From positions 1 through 54,087 of the forward strand of contig CAZJBJ010000001.1 in assembly GCA_964544295.1 (NCBI GenBank): a stretch of DNA of 54,087 nucleotides, written 5' to 3'. How positions within the stretch are numbered: the first letter of the stretch is position 1; every line of letters begins with the position of its first letter. The stretch comes from an uncultured Bifidobacteriaceae bacterium (GTDB lineage: Bacteria > Actinomycetota > Acidimicrobiia > IMCC26256 > JAENVU01). Positions 1 to 9,376 of the stretch are shown piece by piece. The notes beneath the pieces are model-generated. The model worked only from the letters and a program-made list of their open reading frames with translations. It had not been told where the DNA came from and searched no databases. Made by a program: the position numbers and the translations under genes.

Positions 1-68
1 GCGCCGTGTACCTCCACCCCGACTGCCCACCCGAGGTCACCGACGACATCATCGCGTCGTTGCGGTAG
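1..68 (+). CDS. 3-prime end of a CDS entering from the left edge (product unknown)
   Basis: Frame 3 is open from the window edge (..AVYLHPDCPPEVTDDIIASLR) with GC3-rich codons and ends at TAG 66-68. It is convergent with the nuclease gene. Too short for a family call. Confidence 0.3.
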   Translation, partial: AVYLHPDCPPEVTDDIIASLR

Positions 69-92
69 TCCCGCGCCGGTCCGCCGATCGGC

Positions 93-611
93 TCAACACG
101 CGCCCCACAATCCACGCCGGGCGCGCTTCGCCGCGAGTTCCTCCTCGAGCATCACCCGCGCGTGGGCGCCGTTCGGCGGAATCACCAGCAGTCGCGCGTA
201 GCCCTGGCGGAGGAGTTCGTCGTTGAACCGGTGCCCGTCGACGGACACGTAGGCGAGCAGCCGCCCGTACCGGTCCCGCCGTTCGACGTCGAGCTCCAAC
301 TCCACCCGACGGCCGGTGAGTATCCGATCGGTGTAGGCCGAGGCCTCGGGCCCGTAACACTCGACGCCCTTGGTCGGATGATGCGTCTCGGGGGTGTTGA
401 TGCCGAGCAGGCGGACGGTGTCGGAACCTCCGGACAACGCCACGCGCACGGTGTCGCCGTCGACCGTCCGCGTCACCGTGGCGGCGATCGAGGAGGCACC
501 AGAGGGTACGGAATCGGAATTCTCACCGGGTTCGTGGCGCCCCATCCACCACCCCGCGAGCGAAGCGGCAGCGATGAGGATCGCCACGACCGCGGCTCGC
601 GGAACAGCCAC
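93..611 (-). CDS. Membrane-anchored/secreted thermonuclease (staphylococcal nuclease, SNase family)
   Basis: GTG start. N-terminal hydrophobic anchor (AVVAILIAAASLAGWW) followed by SNase motifs TVDGDTVRV, VRLLGINTPE, RYGRLLAYV and KRARRGLW. Confidence 0.85.
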   Translation of the reverse strand: MAVPRAAVVAILIAAASLAGWWMGRHEPGENSDSVPSGASSIAATVTRTVDGDTVRVALSGGSDTVRLLGINTPETHHPTKGVECYGPEASAYTDRILTGRRVELELDVERRDRYGRLLAYVSVDGHRFNDELLRQGYARLLVIPPNGAHARVMLEEELAAKRARRGLWGAC

Positions 612-674
612 GGGGTGACCCTATCGGAGGGTTCACCGAGTCGGGGAGACGGGCTTCTAGGGTGGTGGGCCGTC

Positions 675-1214
675 ATGGATCGCACTCGTCGCCTCATCGG
701 CGCTCTCGTCATCGTCGTCGTCGCCGCCCTCGTGGTGCTCGTCGTGACCGTTCGACCGGGCCTGCGCAAGGATGCCGACGCGATCGATCGCACCTGGGCC
801 CCCCTCGTGGAACCGCTGGCATCGCGGTACGCCGCGTTGGGACAGGTGTCCACCGAACTCCAACGGGCCGGCGCCGCCGATCGACCGGTCACCGCCGAGT
901 TGAACCGGCTCCTGACCCGCTGGAAGATCATCCAGAACGGCGCGAACGCCGAGGACCAGGTCGTCACGGCCAACCGCTTGGAGGCGGTCGCCGCACGCGT
1001 CGCGGTCCTGGCGACGACCCCCCGCCTCGCGCTCGACCAGCAACTCACCGACGCGATCAATGCGTTCAAGGTGTCGCGTCCCGCCGCCGACGCGCTCGCC
1101 GCGTACCAACGCGACGTCATGGCGTACCAGGACCGACGCGACGGCCTGTGGGGCCGCATCGTCGCCGGACTCGACGACTATCCGATGCGGCCTACGCTGC
1201 AGCTCCTGGCCTGA
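675..1214 (+). CDS. Hypothetical N-terminally membrane-anchored protein (faint LemA-like pattern)
   Basis: ATG 675 lies inside track ORF 162..1214. One TM helix (LIGALVIVVVAALVVLVV). The gene ends 3 nt before purK. DRTWAPLVEPLASRY is only weakly LemA-like. Confidence 0.5.
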   Translation: MDRTRRLIGALVIVVVAALVVLVVTVRPGLRKDADAIDRTWAPLVEPLASRYAALGQVSTELQRAGAADRPVTAELNRLLTRWKIIQNGANAEDQVVTANRLEAVAARVAVLATTPRLALDQQLTDAINAFKVSRPAADALAAYQRDVMAYQDRRDGLWGRIVAGLDDYPMRPTLQLLA

Positions 1215-1217
1215 CCG

Positions 1218-2327
1218 ATGACCCGCCTTGCCATCCTCGGCGGCGGCCAGCTCGGCCGCATGCTGGCGCTCGCCGCGATCCCCCTGGGCGTCGAGATCAG
1301 CTCCCTCGATCCGGCTGATGCCGCGCCGGCCGGCGCGGTCGGACCGTTGACGGTCGCGGCGCTGGACGATCTGGACGCGGCGAGTCGCACCGCGGCGGAT
1401 GCCACGGTCGTGACGTTCGAGTGGGAAGGTGTGCCCGCCGTCACCACCCGCCATCTCGAAGCCGGCGGTGCCGTGGTCCGGCCGCCGACACCCGCCCTGG
1501 AGGTCTCTCAGGACCGGGTGACCGAGAAGACGACGTTCGCGGCGCTGGACATCCCCGTGGCCCCCTGGGCCGCCGTCGACTCCCGAGCGGACCTCGATGC
1601 GGCACTCGCCACGATCGGCGCCCCCGCGATCCTCAAGACCCGCCGCGGTGGCTACGACGGCAAGGGCCAAGCGGTGATCGACGCTCCCGCCGCGGCCGAC
1701 GCGGCGTGGCGCGATCTCGGTCCGGCGGGGGCGCTCGTGCTCGAAGCGATGGTGCCGTTCGATCGGGAACTCTCCATCATCGCCGTCCGGGGAGTCGACG
1801 GCGACGTCCGGACCTGGTCACTCGTCAAGAACGAACACCGGGGCGGCATCCTGCGCGTGTCGCGCGCGCCCGCGGCAGAGGTGACCGCCGACCAGCAACG
1901 CGTCGCCGACGAGTACGCGGCGGCGGTCCTCGGCCACTTCGACTACGTGGGGGTGCTCACCATCGAGCTGTTCGACGTCGGTGGCGAGCTCCTCGCCAAC
2001 GAGATGGCGCCCCGCGTGCACAACTCGGGCCACTGGACCATCGAAGGAGCACACACGAGCCAGTTCGAGAACCATGTGCGAGCGGTGCTCGGCTGGCCGC
2101 TCGGCGACACGGGCGCTCGCGGATACAGCGCCATGGTCAACTGCATCGGCCACGTCCCCGATCCCTCGACGCTGCTGGCCCTCGACGGCGTCCACGTGCA
2201 CGCCTACGGCAAGTCCGCCCGTCCGGGTCGCAAGGTCGGTCACGTCACGGTGACGGCGCCCTCGGCACCCGAGCTGGAGGCGCGGCTGGCGGCCACGCTC
2301 GCGGCCCTCCCGGACGACATCGGCTGA
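1218..2327 (+). CDS. purK: N5-carboxyaminoimidazole ribonucleotide synthase
   Basis: ATP-grasp PurK hallmarks: ILGGGQLGRM, ILKTRRGGYDGKGQ, ELSIIAVRG, ANEMAPRVHNSGHWT and GRKVGHVT. Confidence 0.95.
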   Translation: MTRLAILGGGQLGRMLALAAIPLGVEISSLDPADAAPAGAVGPLTVAALDDLDAASRTAADATVVTFEWEGVPAVTTRHLEAGGAVVRPPTPALEVSQDRVTEKTTFAALDIPVAPWAAVDSRADLDAALATIGAPAILKTRRGGYDGKGQAVIDAPAAADAAWRDLGPAGALVLEAMVPFDRELSIIAVRGVDGDVRTWSLVKNEHRGGILRVSRAPAAEVTADQQRVADEYAAAVLGHFDYVGVLTIELFDVGGELLANEMAPRVHNSGHWTIEGAHTSQFENHVRAVLGWPLGDTGARGYSAMVNCIGHVPDPSTLLALDGVHVHAYGKSARPGRKVGHVTVTAPSAPELEARLAATLAALPDDIG

Positions 2328-2448
2328 GCCGGTGAGACGGTGAGACGGTGAGACGGTCATTTAGTCGGAATTTGACCGTTCACGAGTTCAGCTGAGGTCG
2401 CGAAACCGCCGATATCTCTGGGAACACACCGTCACCCGGAGGTTCCCG

Positions 2449-2985
2449 ATGCCGAATCGCAAGGCCCTGACCATGGCCGGCGCCGTCACCGCCAGCCTGA
2501 TCAGCGGCGTCATCGCGGTGGGCGCAACCGTCGGCCACACCCCGCTCACGAGCCTCGCCGCGGCCGACGCCGCACCGACCCCGGCGGTATCACCGGCTCC
2601 GGCGACCGCGGCCCCATCGCCGTCGACTGCGTCCGATCCGATCGCCCCTGGCGCGCCGCAACGCGCGGACGTCCCCTCCAGTCCGGCCGCCGCCCTGTGG
2701 TTCGCCGGTCTGGCCGCGCAATCGCCGAGCGCGGCACCGACGTCCGGTGGGGCCGCCGGTGCTCCCGCCGCGCCGACGACCAAGCCCCCCAGCGGGGCCC
2801 GGGGCACACCATCGACCTCACCGGCGCCGGTGGTGCAGACGCCACCGTCGACCGCGGCGCCAGCCGCGACGACGACCACGACCGTCCCGCTCTACAACTG
2901 CTCCGGCAGCGACGACGGCCTGACCGAGTCCTACAAGCACGCTCGCGAGGTGTGGTGCGAAGCGCACGGAGGCATCCATGGGTAA
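2449..2985 (+). CDS. Exported Ala/Pro-rich protein with small C-terminal Cys-pair module
   Basis: GGAGG sits 7 nt upstream of the ATG. N-terminal signal/anchor (AGAVTASLISGVIAVGA), then a long A/P/S/T linker. C-terminus is YNCSGSDDGLTESYKHAREVWCEAHGG. The stop overlaps the next start. Confidence 0.55.
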   Translation: MPNRKALTMAGAVTASLISGVIAVGATVGHTPLTSLAAADAAPTPAVSPAPATAAPSPSTASDPIAPGAPQRADVPSSPAAALWFAGLAAQSPSAAPTSGGAAGAPAAPTTKPPSGARGTPSTSPAPVVQTPPSTAAPAATTTTTVPLYNCSGSDDGLTESYKHAREVWCEAHGGIHG

Positions 2986-3466
2986 GCGGACGAAGCCGGC
3001 CGCAGCCGCGCGCATCATGACCACCGGGCTGAGCACGACGGCGACGTTCGCGATCGTCGCGGTCCTGGCCGCCGGCGCCCCGGCGGCGTCGACCGCGGTG
3101 GCGGCACCCGGCGCGCCCGGTGCCACGACCGAACCGGCGCTCGCGGCGAGCGCGGTCAACCCATCTGGTTCGGTCACCCCGGCCGATCTCGCCGCGCTCG
3201 CGGCGGCGAATGCGGGGACACCGGCGGCCGGCGCCGCGCCTCCGCCCTCCCCCACCGCCCCGGCAGCCGGTGTCGCGTCGAGCGGTGGTGGTGCGACTCC
3301 CGCGGCGCCGCGTGCTTCGGCACCCGCACCCGCTCCGGTCGCGGCGGCACCGGCACCCGCCCCGGCCCCGACCCCGGCCCCGACGGCCGCGCCGACGCCG
3401 GCACCGACCACCCCTCCGGCGACGAGTCCTCCCCCGCCCCCGCCGCCGACCACCGGCGGGAGCTGA
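2978..3466 (+). CDS. Membrane-anchored Ala/Pro-rich low-complexity protein
   Basis: GGAGG sits 6 nt upstream of ATG 2978. TM segment (TATFAIVAVLAAGA); the rest is A/P-rich and ends in a poly-Pro tract. Low-complexity ORFs in high-GC DNA can be spurious, but the RBS, anchor and start/stop coupling support it. Confidence 0.5.
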   Translation: MGKRTKPAAAARIMTTGLSTTATFAIVAVLAAGAPAASTAVAAPGAPGATTEPALAASAVNPSGSVTPADLAALAAANAGTPAAGAAPPPSPTAPAAGVASSGGGATPAAPRASAPAPAPVAAAPAPAPAPTPAPTAAPTPAPTTPPATSPPPPPPPTTGGS

Positions 3467-3473
3467 TCCTCCC

Positions 3474-4307
3474 ATGGACCTCGATCCGAAGACCTGGTGG
3501 TACGTCACGCGCGCGAGCGGCTTCGTCGCCTGGGTGCTGTTGGCCGTCGCCGTCCTCTGGGGACTGTTCCTCACGAACAAGACGCTGCAGAAGAGCACCG
3601 CGCCGGCGTGGGTGCTGGACCTCCATCGCCACCTCGGCGGGTTGGCCGTCGTCTTCGTCGCCGTCCACGTCGGGGCGTTGCCGCTCGACGGGTACACCCA
3701 CTGGGGGTGGAGCGACCTGTTCGTCCCGATGTCGACCAGGTGGCACCCGCTCGCCGTCGCCTGGGGGATCGTGGGCCTCTACCTGCTGGTCGCCATCGAG
3801 GTCACGTCGCTCCTCGGTCGCCGCTTCCCCAAGAAGTGGTGGCGACGGGTCCACATGTTGTCGTTCCCGTTGTACGTCCTCGCGTCGATCCACCTCTTCG
3901 CAGCCGGCACCGACAGCGCCAACCGGGCCGTCCAGGCGATGGTGCTGATCGTGTCGACGCTGATCGTGTTCCTCGCCGGCGTCCGTGGCCTCGCGGTGGC
4001 CAAGCCGCGCGAGACCCGGTCGAACCCACGGGTCGCGGCCGCCAAGGCCCGCGCCACCGAAGCACCGGTCGCCTCGGTCACCGCGAGCACCGGTGATCTC
4101 CTCCCGGTCTCGGCCCCGCCGGCGGCGGTGAAGGCCGAGCAGGCCGCGAGTCAGACTCCATCAACGAGCCCGGTCGCCCACGGCCAGCTCTCGATGCAAC
4201 CACCGTCCCTCGAAGCCCGGGTGGCGAAGCTCCGGGCCGGCGCGCGTGCCGCCCGCGAACGGGTCCGCGATCAGTCGCCCAGCCCGGTCGGCTCGGGCCC
4301 GCCCTGA
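3474..4307 (+). CDS. Ferric-reductase-like (MsrQ/YedZ-type) di-heme transmembrane protein
   Basis: ATG 3474 lies inside track ORF 3120..4307. Multiple TM helices carry paired histidines in the ferric-reductase arrangement (HRHLGGLAVVFVAVH; RRVHMLSFPLYVLASIH). Ala-rich tail. Confidence 0.75.
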   Translation: MDLDPKTWWYVTRASGFVAWVLLAVAVLWGLFLTNKTLQKSTAPAWVLDLHRHLGGLAVVFVAVHVGALPLDGYTHWGWSDLFVPMSTRWHPLAVAWGIVGLYLLVAIEVTSLLGRRFPKKWWRRVHMLSFPLYVLASIHLFAAGTDSANRAVQAMVLIVSTLIVFLAGVRGLAVAKPRETRSNPRVAAAKARATEAPVASVTASTGDLLPVSAPPAAVKAEQAASQTPSTSPVAHGQLSMQPPSLEARVAKLRAGARAARERVRDQSPSPVGSGPP

Positions 4308-4325
4308 GTCACCCGCAGGCGGGCC

Positions 4326-5468
4326 TCAGGCGATCGCGCCGGCCGCCCGTCGGGCCGCGACGACGTCGTCGGCGAAACCCCAGTCCCGCAGCACCTCGTC
4401 GGTGTGCTGCCCGGGCCACGCGGGCGGCCGCTGGATCGCTCCCGGGGTACGACTGAACCGCGGCGCGGGCGCCGGCTGCAACAGACCGTCGCGCTCGACG
4501 ATGGTTTCGCGAGCCTGGATGTGCGGATGCTCGGCGGCCTCGTCCATGGTGAGCACCGGCGCGAAGCACACGTCGGTCATCTCCATGATCTCGCACCACT
4601 CGTCGCGGGTCTTGGCGAGAAACAGCGCGGTGAAGCGCTCGCGCAGGTCGGGCCAGGTCGTCTGGTCCATCTGTCCCGCGAGTTCGACGTCGTCGCTCAA
4701 CCCGGCCAGCCTGATCAACTCCGCGTAGAACTGCGGCTCGAGCGAACCGAGCGAGATGTACTTCCCGTCGGCGGTCTCGTAGGTGTCGTAGAACGGCGCG
4801 CCGGTATCGAGCAGGTTGGTACCGGCCGGACCCCAGAACCCGAGGGCACGGAATCCCCACATCATCGCCATGAGCGCGGCCGCGCCGTCGACCATCGCCG
4901 CGTCGATCACCTGACCCTGACCGCTCCGCCCGGCTTCGACGAGCGCGCACGCCACGCCGAAGGCCATGAGCATCCCCCCGCCGCCGAAGTCGCCGACGAG
5001 GTTGATCGGCGGGGTCGGCTTCTCCCCGACGCGACCGAAGTGGCCGAGCGCGCCCGCGAGCGCGATGTAGTTGATGTCGTGCCCTGCCGCCGGCGCGTAC
5101 GGGCCGTCCTGGCCCCACCCGGTCATCCGGCCGTAGACCAGCTTCGGGTTGCGGGCGAGGCACGCGTCCGGTCCGATACCGAGCCGATCGGCGACCCCCG
5201 GACGGAAGCCCTCGATGAGGGCGTCGGCCTGTTCGACGAGCTGGAGCACCGTCTCGACCCCGTCGGGGTGTTTCAGGTCGACGCCCACCGACCGGCGGCC
5301 GCGGTTGAGGATCTCGAGATTCTGCCGGTCGAAGTTGCCGGTCACGGTCTGGGCCCGATCGACGCGGATCACGTCGGCGCCCAGGTCGGCCAGCATCATC
5401 GCCGCGAACGGCCCCGGCCCGATTCCGGCGATCTCGACGATCTTGATTCCCGACAACGGACCCGACAC
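4326..5468 (-). CDS. Family III CoA-transferase (CaiB/BaiF; alpha-methylacyl-CoA racemase-like)
   Basis: GTG 5468 is preceded by GAGGAG. The N-terminus LSGIKIVEIAGIGPGPFAAMMLADLGADVIRVDR is typical of the family. 380 aa. The upstream extension in the track ORF is Arg/Pro-rich and rejected. Confidence 0.85.
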   Translation of the reverse strand: MSGPLSGIKIVEIAGIGPGPFAAMMLADLGADVIRVDRAQTVTGNFDRQNLEILNRGRRSVGVDLKHPDGVETVLQLVEQADALIEGFRPGVADRLGIGPDACLARNPKLVYGRMTGWGQDGPYAPAAGHDINYIALAGALGHFGRVGEKPTPPINLVGDFGGGGMLMAFGVACALVEAGRSGQGQVIDAAMVDGAAALMAMMWGFRALGFWGPAGTNLLDTGAPFYDTYETADGKYISLGSLEPQFYAELIRLAGLSDDVELAGQMDQTTWPDLRERFTALFLAKTRDEWCEIMEMTDVCFAPVLTMDEAAEHPHIQARETIVERDGLLQPAPAPRFSRTPGAIQRPPAWPGQHTDEVLRDWGFADDVVAARRAAGAIA

Positions 5469-5538
5469 GGCAAGCTCCTCTGGACGAACGGACGCGGCGA
5501 GGGACGCTACGCGGCCGGCGCCGAGTTCGTCAGATCGC

Positions 5539-6465
5539 TCAGAACTCCAGGGCCAGCCCGGGGCGCGGCCAGGGCAGGGAGACGATCTTGCCGGTGCCCG
5601 AACAGGTCGCGTAGGCGGTCGCGAGGTCGGGGCCACCGAAGCAGACGTTGGTCACGAGCAGATCGGGCAGCGGGATGTGCTCCACCCCGTTGATGCCCGA
5701 GCCGTCCGCGTCGGGCGAGATCACGGTGAGCCCACCGTTGAAGATGGTCCCGACCACGACGTTGCCGGCACTGTCGACCCCGAGCGAATCCAGGAGTTGC
5801 ATGCCGGGGAGACCCGCGAGCAGCGTGCCGCCGTTGCCCACCGGGCCACCCGCGGCGAGCACGCCCGGCGACTCGATCGGCCACCAGAACACCCGTCCCG
5901 TGTGAGTCTCCGCGACGTAGAGGCGGTCACCGCCGGGCGAGAGCCCGATGCCGTTCGGCGAATCCAGGGGGAAGATCACCTCCCGGATCTCGGAGCCGTC
6001 CGCGGCCGCGTAGTACACCGCGCCGATGGTGTGTACCCGGCCCCGCTGCTTGCCGTGGTCGGTGAACCACATGCCACCCGCGGCGTCGAACACGAGGTCG
6101 TTGGGACCGACCAGCTCGTTGCCGTCGCACTCGGTGTAGAGGACGGTGACCTGACCGGTGTCGAGATCGACGCGCTCGATGCGACCGCCCGTGTAGTCGC
6201 CGGGTTGACGCACGTCGGGCACGGTCATGCCCATGACCTCCGAGAAGCCCCAACCTCCGCTGTTGCAGACGTAGGCCGCGCCATCGGGCCCGATGGCGAG
6301 CCCGTTCGGGCTCCCACCCGGCGTCGCCACCGTTTCGACCCGTCCGTCGAGGTGCACCCGAACGACGGTGCGACCCTTGAGCTCCACGCACAGCAGCGTC
6401 CCGTCGGGCATCCAGACCGGACCCTCCGGGAACTGCAATCCGGTCGCGATCTCCGTGATCTCCAT
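5539..6465 (-). CDS. SMP-30/gluconolactonase/LRE family protein
   Basis: ATG 6465 (MEITEI). Propeller lactonase blocks: FPEGPVW, SPNGLAIGPDG, GPNDLVFD, SPNGIGLSP and NVCFGG. Confidence 0.85.
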   Translation of the reverse strand: MEITEIATGLQFPEGPVWMPDGTLLCVELKGRTVVRVHLDGRVETVATPGGSPNGLAIGPDGAAYVCNSGGWGFSEVMGMTVPDVRQPGDYTGGRIERVDLDTGQVTVLYTECDGNELVGPNDLVFDAAGGMWFTDHGKQRGRVHTIGAVYYAAADGSEIREVIFPLDSPNGIGLSPGGDRLYVAETHTGRVFWWPIESPGVLAAGGPVGNGGTLLAGLPGMQLLDSLGVDSAGNVVVGTIFNGGLTVISPDADGSGINGVEHIPLPDLLVTNVCFGGPDLATAYATCSGTGKIVSLPWPRPGLALEF

Positions 6466-6554
6466 CGTGTGCTCCTCGGTCGGCACGGCCGCGCTCGAAC
6501 GCGTCCGGACCCGCATTCGAGCGCACCCGCGCCGAACGTGGCAAGAATGCGCCC

Positions 6555-7568
6555 ATGAAGCTGCGCCTGGACCCCCAAGACGAATACATGCACCCGCTCG
6601 AAGACGCGACGAACTTCAACGAGAGCATGTACTTCAACGTGTACGACCCCGCCGAGAAGATCGGGGGATTCCTCCGCCTCGGCAACCGGGCGAACGAGGG
6701 CTATGCCGAGATGACGACGTGCCTGTACCTCCCCGACGGTCGCGTCGGCTTCATGTTCGGTCGCCCCGAGATCGCGAACAACGACGCCTTCGACGCGGGC
6801 GGCATGAAGTTCGAGGTGCGCACGCCGTTCGAGTCACTGCGCACCACCTACACCGGCAAGGTTGTCCTGCTCGACGAGCCGTTGCAGATGGCCAACCCAC
6901 GCCAGGCCTTCACCGACAACCCCTGGGTCGACGCGAGTGTCGAACTCGACTACCGGGGCATCGCCCCGATGTTCGGTGGCGAGCCGGTGAACGACGACGG
7001 CTCACCCCTGACCGAGGATCTCTCCGGCGGGTTCGCGCGCGGCCACTACGAGCAGCATGTCGGCGCGCGCGGCACGATTCGCGTCGGTGACGACGAATGG
7101 GTGGTCGACGGGTACGGGCTGCGCGACCACTCGTGGGGTCCACGCTTCTGGCAGGCGCCGTGGTGGTACCGCTGGCTGACGATGAACTTCGACGACCACA
7201 GCGGGTTCATGATCTCGATCGTCACCGCCCGCGACGGCAAGCAGCGCATCGGTGGCATCGCACTGGAGGACGGCGAGTACCGCCACATCGACCGCGCCAC
7301 CATCGACACCGACTGGGTCGGCGAGGACCTCTACCACCAGGAGATCCGCGTGACGGCGGGCGCGGGCGACCGCGAGTACGAGATCACCGGATCGGTCCTC
7401 AACCTCATTCCGCTGCGCAACCGGCGCACCTCACCCGAGGGCGAGAAACTCGTCACCCGGATCTCGGAGGGCATGACCGAGTGGCACTGGAACGGCCACA
7501 CCGGATACGGCCTCTCCGAATACCTCGATCAGATCATCGACGACAAACCCGTCGGATGGCTGCCTTGA
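6555..7568 (+). CDS. Conserved hypothetical protein, AttH/CrtC-like hydratase-type fold (tentative)
   Basis: Clean ATG and a GC3-rich 337-codon ORF. NESMYFN and GYGLRDHSWGPRFW resemble the AttH/CrtC superfamily. The gene looks real; the family call is uncertain. Confidence 0.6.
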   Translation: MKLRLDPQDEYMHPLEDATNFNESMYFNVYDPAEKIGGFLRLGNRANEGYAEMTTCLYLPDGRVGFMFGRPEIANNDAFDAGGMKFEVRTPFESLRTTYTGKVVLLDEPLQMANPRQAFTDNPWVDASVELDYRGIAPMFGGEPVNDDGSPLTEDLSGGFARGHYEQHVGARGTIRVGDDEWVVDGYGLRDHSWGPRFWQAPWWYRWLTMNFDDHSGFMISIVTARDGKQRIGGIALEDGEYRHIDRATIDTDWVGEDLYHQEIRVTAGAGDREYEITGSVLNLIPLRNRRTSPEGEKLVTRISEGMTEWHWNGHTGYGLSEYLDQIIDDKPVGWLP

Positions 7569-7736
7569 TTGCTCGTCCGGCTTCACCGCGAGGCTGGTGG
7601 AATGAGGCCAGACCACTTGAAGGCAGGTTCGCGCTGAGTCACACTCGAGCCGGAGCTTGCGGAGGCGAGCAGCTCGGCAGGGAGCCCACGGCATCCGGAA
7701 GCACCGAGATGGCGACCGTACGAGCCAAAGTGCAGA

Positions 7737-8603
7737 TCAGCGGTTGCGGAAGGTGCCGTCGGTGACCTGGGGGTCGTCGGCGTCGAGTTGCCAGAGCGCG
7801 AGCGCAGCTTCGGCCGGGTCGTCGGCAGCGGCCCGTTCGGGCATGCCGGCGAAGCCGAGGAGTTGGCGGGCCCGGGCCGGCAGGGTACGAGCGAGTTCCG
7901 GGCCGACTCCGACCGCGACCGCCTCTTCCGGGGTCAACCAGCCGACGAGGTAGGCGAGGTAGAGCGCCTTGCGCCACCGGTCGGCCGTCCGGTTCGCCCC
8001 GCCGCCGTGCACCAGGCTGCCGAGGTACACGAGGGCGTCACCCGGCTCGAGTTCGACCTGCACCGCGAGCGACTCGTCGATCGGCCGGTCGAGCGGCCAG
8101 AGGTGACTGCGCGGGATCACGCGGGTCGCGCCGACTTCGGCGTCGTAGTCACCCAACGCGACGAGACAGGAGATCTGCAACGGCACGCGGAGCTTGGCGG
8201 CGAGATTCCAGTTGAGGTCGTCGCGGTGGAGGGTCTGGGCCGGGTTGTCCGGGCCGATGAAGATCGTCTCGGACTGACTCATCCAGTAATCGCCGCAGTA
8301 CGGCAACAGCACGCGGTCGGCGAGGTCGAGCAGCGTCGGGTGGAGCAGGTACTCCTCGACCATCGTCCGACTCTTCGCGGGGATGCCCTGGACACGCACG
8401 GTGTTGCGTCCGTAGAAGGTGTCGTCGAAGCCCTCGCGGAAGCCGGGCTGGCGCGCCGCGACGGCCGGCGCCAGATCGCGGTCGATCTGGTCGACGGTCT
8501 CCGGCGTCAGGAGGCCGGTGATCACGAGACCACCATCGCGATCGATGGTCTCGAGGAGGAGGTCGGAGTCGGTGTCCGCGGTCAACCGCGCGAGGCCGTC
8601 CAC
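7737..8603 (-). CDS. Phytanoyl-CoA dioxygenase (PhyH) family Fe(II)/2-oxoglutarate oxygenase
   Basis: HRDD (HxD), RVIPRSH and SLVHGGGAN (distal His). No in-frame ATG follows the upstream gene, so GTG 8603 was chosen; TTG 8663 is an alternative. Confidence 0.8.
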   Translation of the reverse strand: MDGLARLTADTDSDLLLETIDRDGGLVITGLLTPETVDQIDRDLAPAVAARQPGFREGFDDTFYGRNTVRVQGIPAKSRTMVEEYLLHPTLLDLADRVLLPYCGDYWMSQSETIFIGPDNPAQTLHRDDLNWNLAAKLRVPLQISCLVALGDYDAEVGATRVIPRSHLWPLDRPIDESLAVQVELEPGDALVYLGSLVHGGGANRTADRWRKALYLAYLVGWLTPEEAVAVGVGPELARTLPARARQLLGFAGMPERAAADDPAEAALALWQLDADDPQVTDGTFRNR

Positions 8604-8758
8604 CGGACGGGAACTGCGACGGGACCACGCGGCGCCGAGGAATGACGAGGCACGGGTCAGCAAGGGAATCCAGTCTTCCAGCTCGGAGACATCACAACGG
8701 GTATCGACCAGTTTCGTCGTTCCCTGAGCTTCCCGGAGTGCGGAACCTGACCGACCTC

Positions 8759-9376
8759 TCAGGTCCGAATCGCCCGCCCGCACGACATCGTGGTCAGGAT
8801 TTTCGGTCCTTGGAGGACGAATCGGTCGACCGACTCGACCTGCAATCCGGCCCGCTCCGCCAACTCGGCCGGGTCGCGGGTGAGGTGACATCCGCCACCG
8901 ATCCGACGCTGGATGGGTTCGAACCGTCGTTGTCGAGCCTGGATCCTGGGGTCGTCGCTGCGACCGTGTTCGACGAAGTGGAGCGCACCACCCGGGCGCA
9001 GGACCCGCACGATCTCGCCCATCGCGGCGTCGATGTCGGGGATCGTGCAGAGGGTGAACGTCGACAGCACCGCGTCGGCGCCCGCCGTCTCGACGGGGAG
9101 CGATGCGCCGTCGAGACCGACGAACTCGATGGGCGGATGCGCGATGTCCGCCATGCGGCGCTCGGCCATCTCCCGCGCCCGGGCCGACGGCTCGACGGCC
9201 AGGACCCGCTCGACCTCGGCGGGATACAGGCCGACGTTGGGTCCGGACCCGAAACCGATCTCGACGACGGTGCCGTGCAATCCGGCCAATGCCGGTCGCC
9301 GGACCGGGATCATCTGCTTCCCACCGCAGGTGAGCTCGACGATGTGGGGCAGGACGTGCTCGGTGTACCAGCTCAT
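8759..9376 (-). CDS. Class I SAM-dependent methyltransferase
   Basis: Motif I VVEIGFGSGPN, plus VLSTFTLCTIPD and LRPGGALHFVEH. ATG 9376 overlaps the stop of the upstream gene (ATGA). Confidence 0.85.
   Translation of the reverse strand: MSWYTEHVLPHIVELTCGGKQMIPVRRPALAGLHGTVVEIGFGSGPNVGLYPAEVERVLAVEPSARAREMAERRMADIAHPPIEFVGLDGASLPVETAGADAVLSTFTLCTIPDIDAAMGEIVRVLRPGGALHFVEHGRSDDPRIQARQRRFEPIQRRIGGGCHLTRDPAELAERAGLQVESVDRFVLQGPKILTTMSCGRAIRT

Noticed and set aside
3290-3466. Repetitive GC-rich DNA (GCACCCGC/CCGGCCCCG motifs), considered as a separate repeat element
   Set aside because: It is explained by coding of a PAPAPT-type low-complexity tract in the 2978..3466 ORF. It has no defined unit or boundaries.
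7569-7736. 168-nt gene-free convergent gap with somewhat lower G+C, considered as a small RNA or riboswitch
   Set aside because: I found only short imperfect stems (for example CCGGAGCT..AGCTCGG) and no recognisable riboswitch or sRNA core. This cannot be supported without covariation or expression data.
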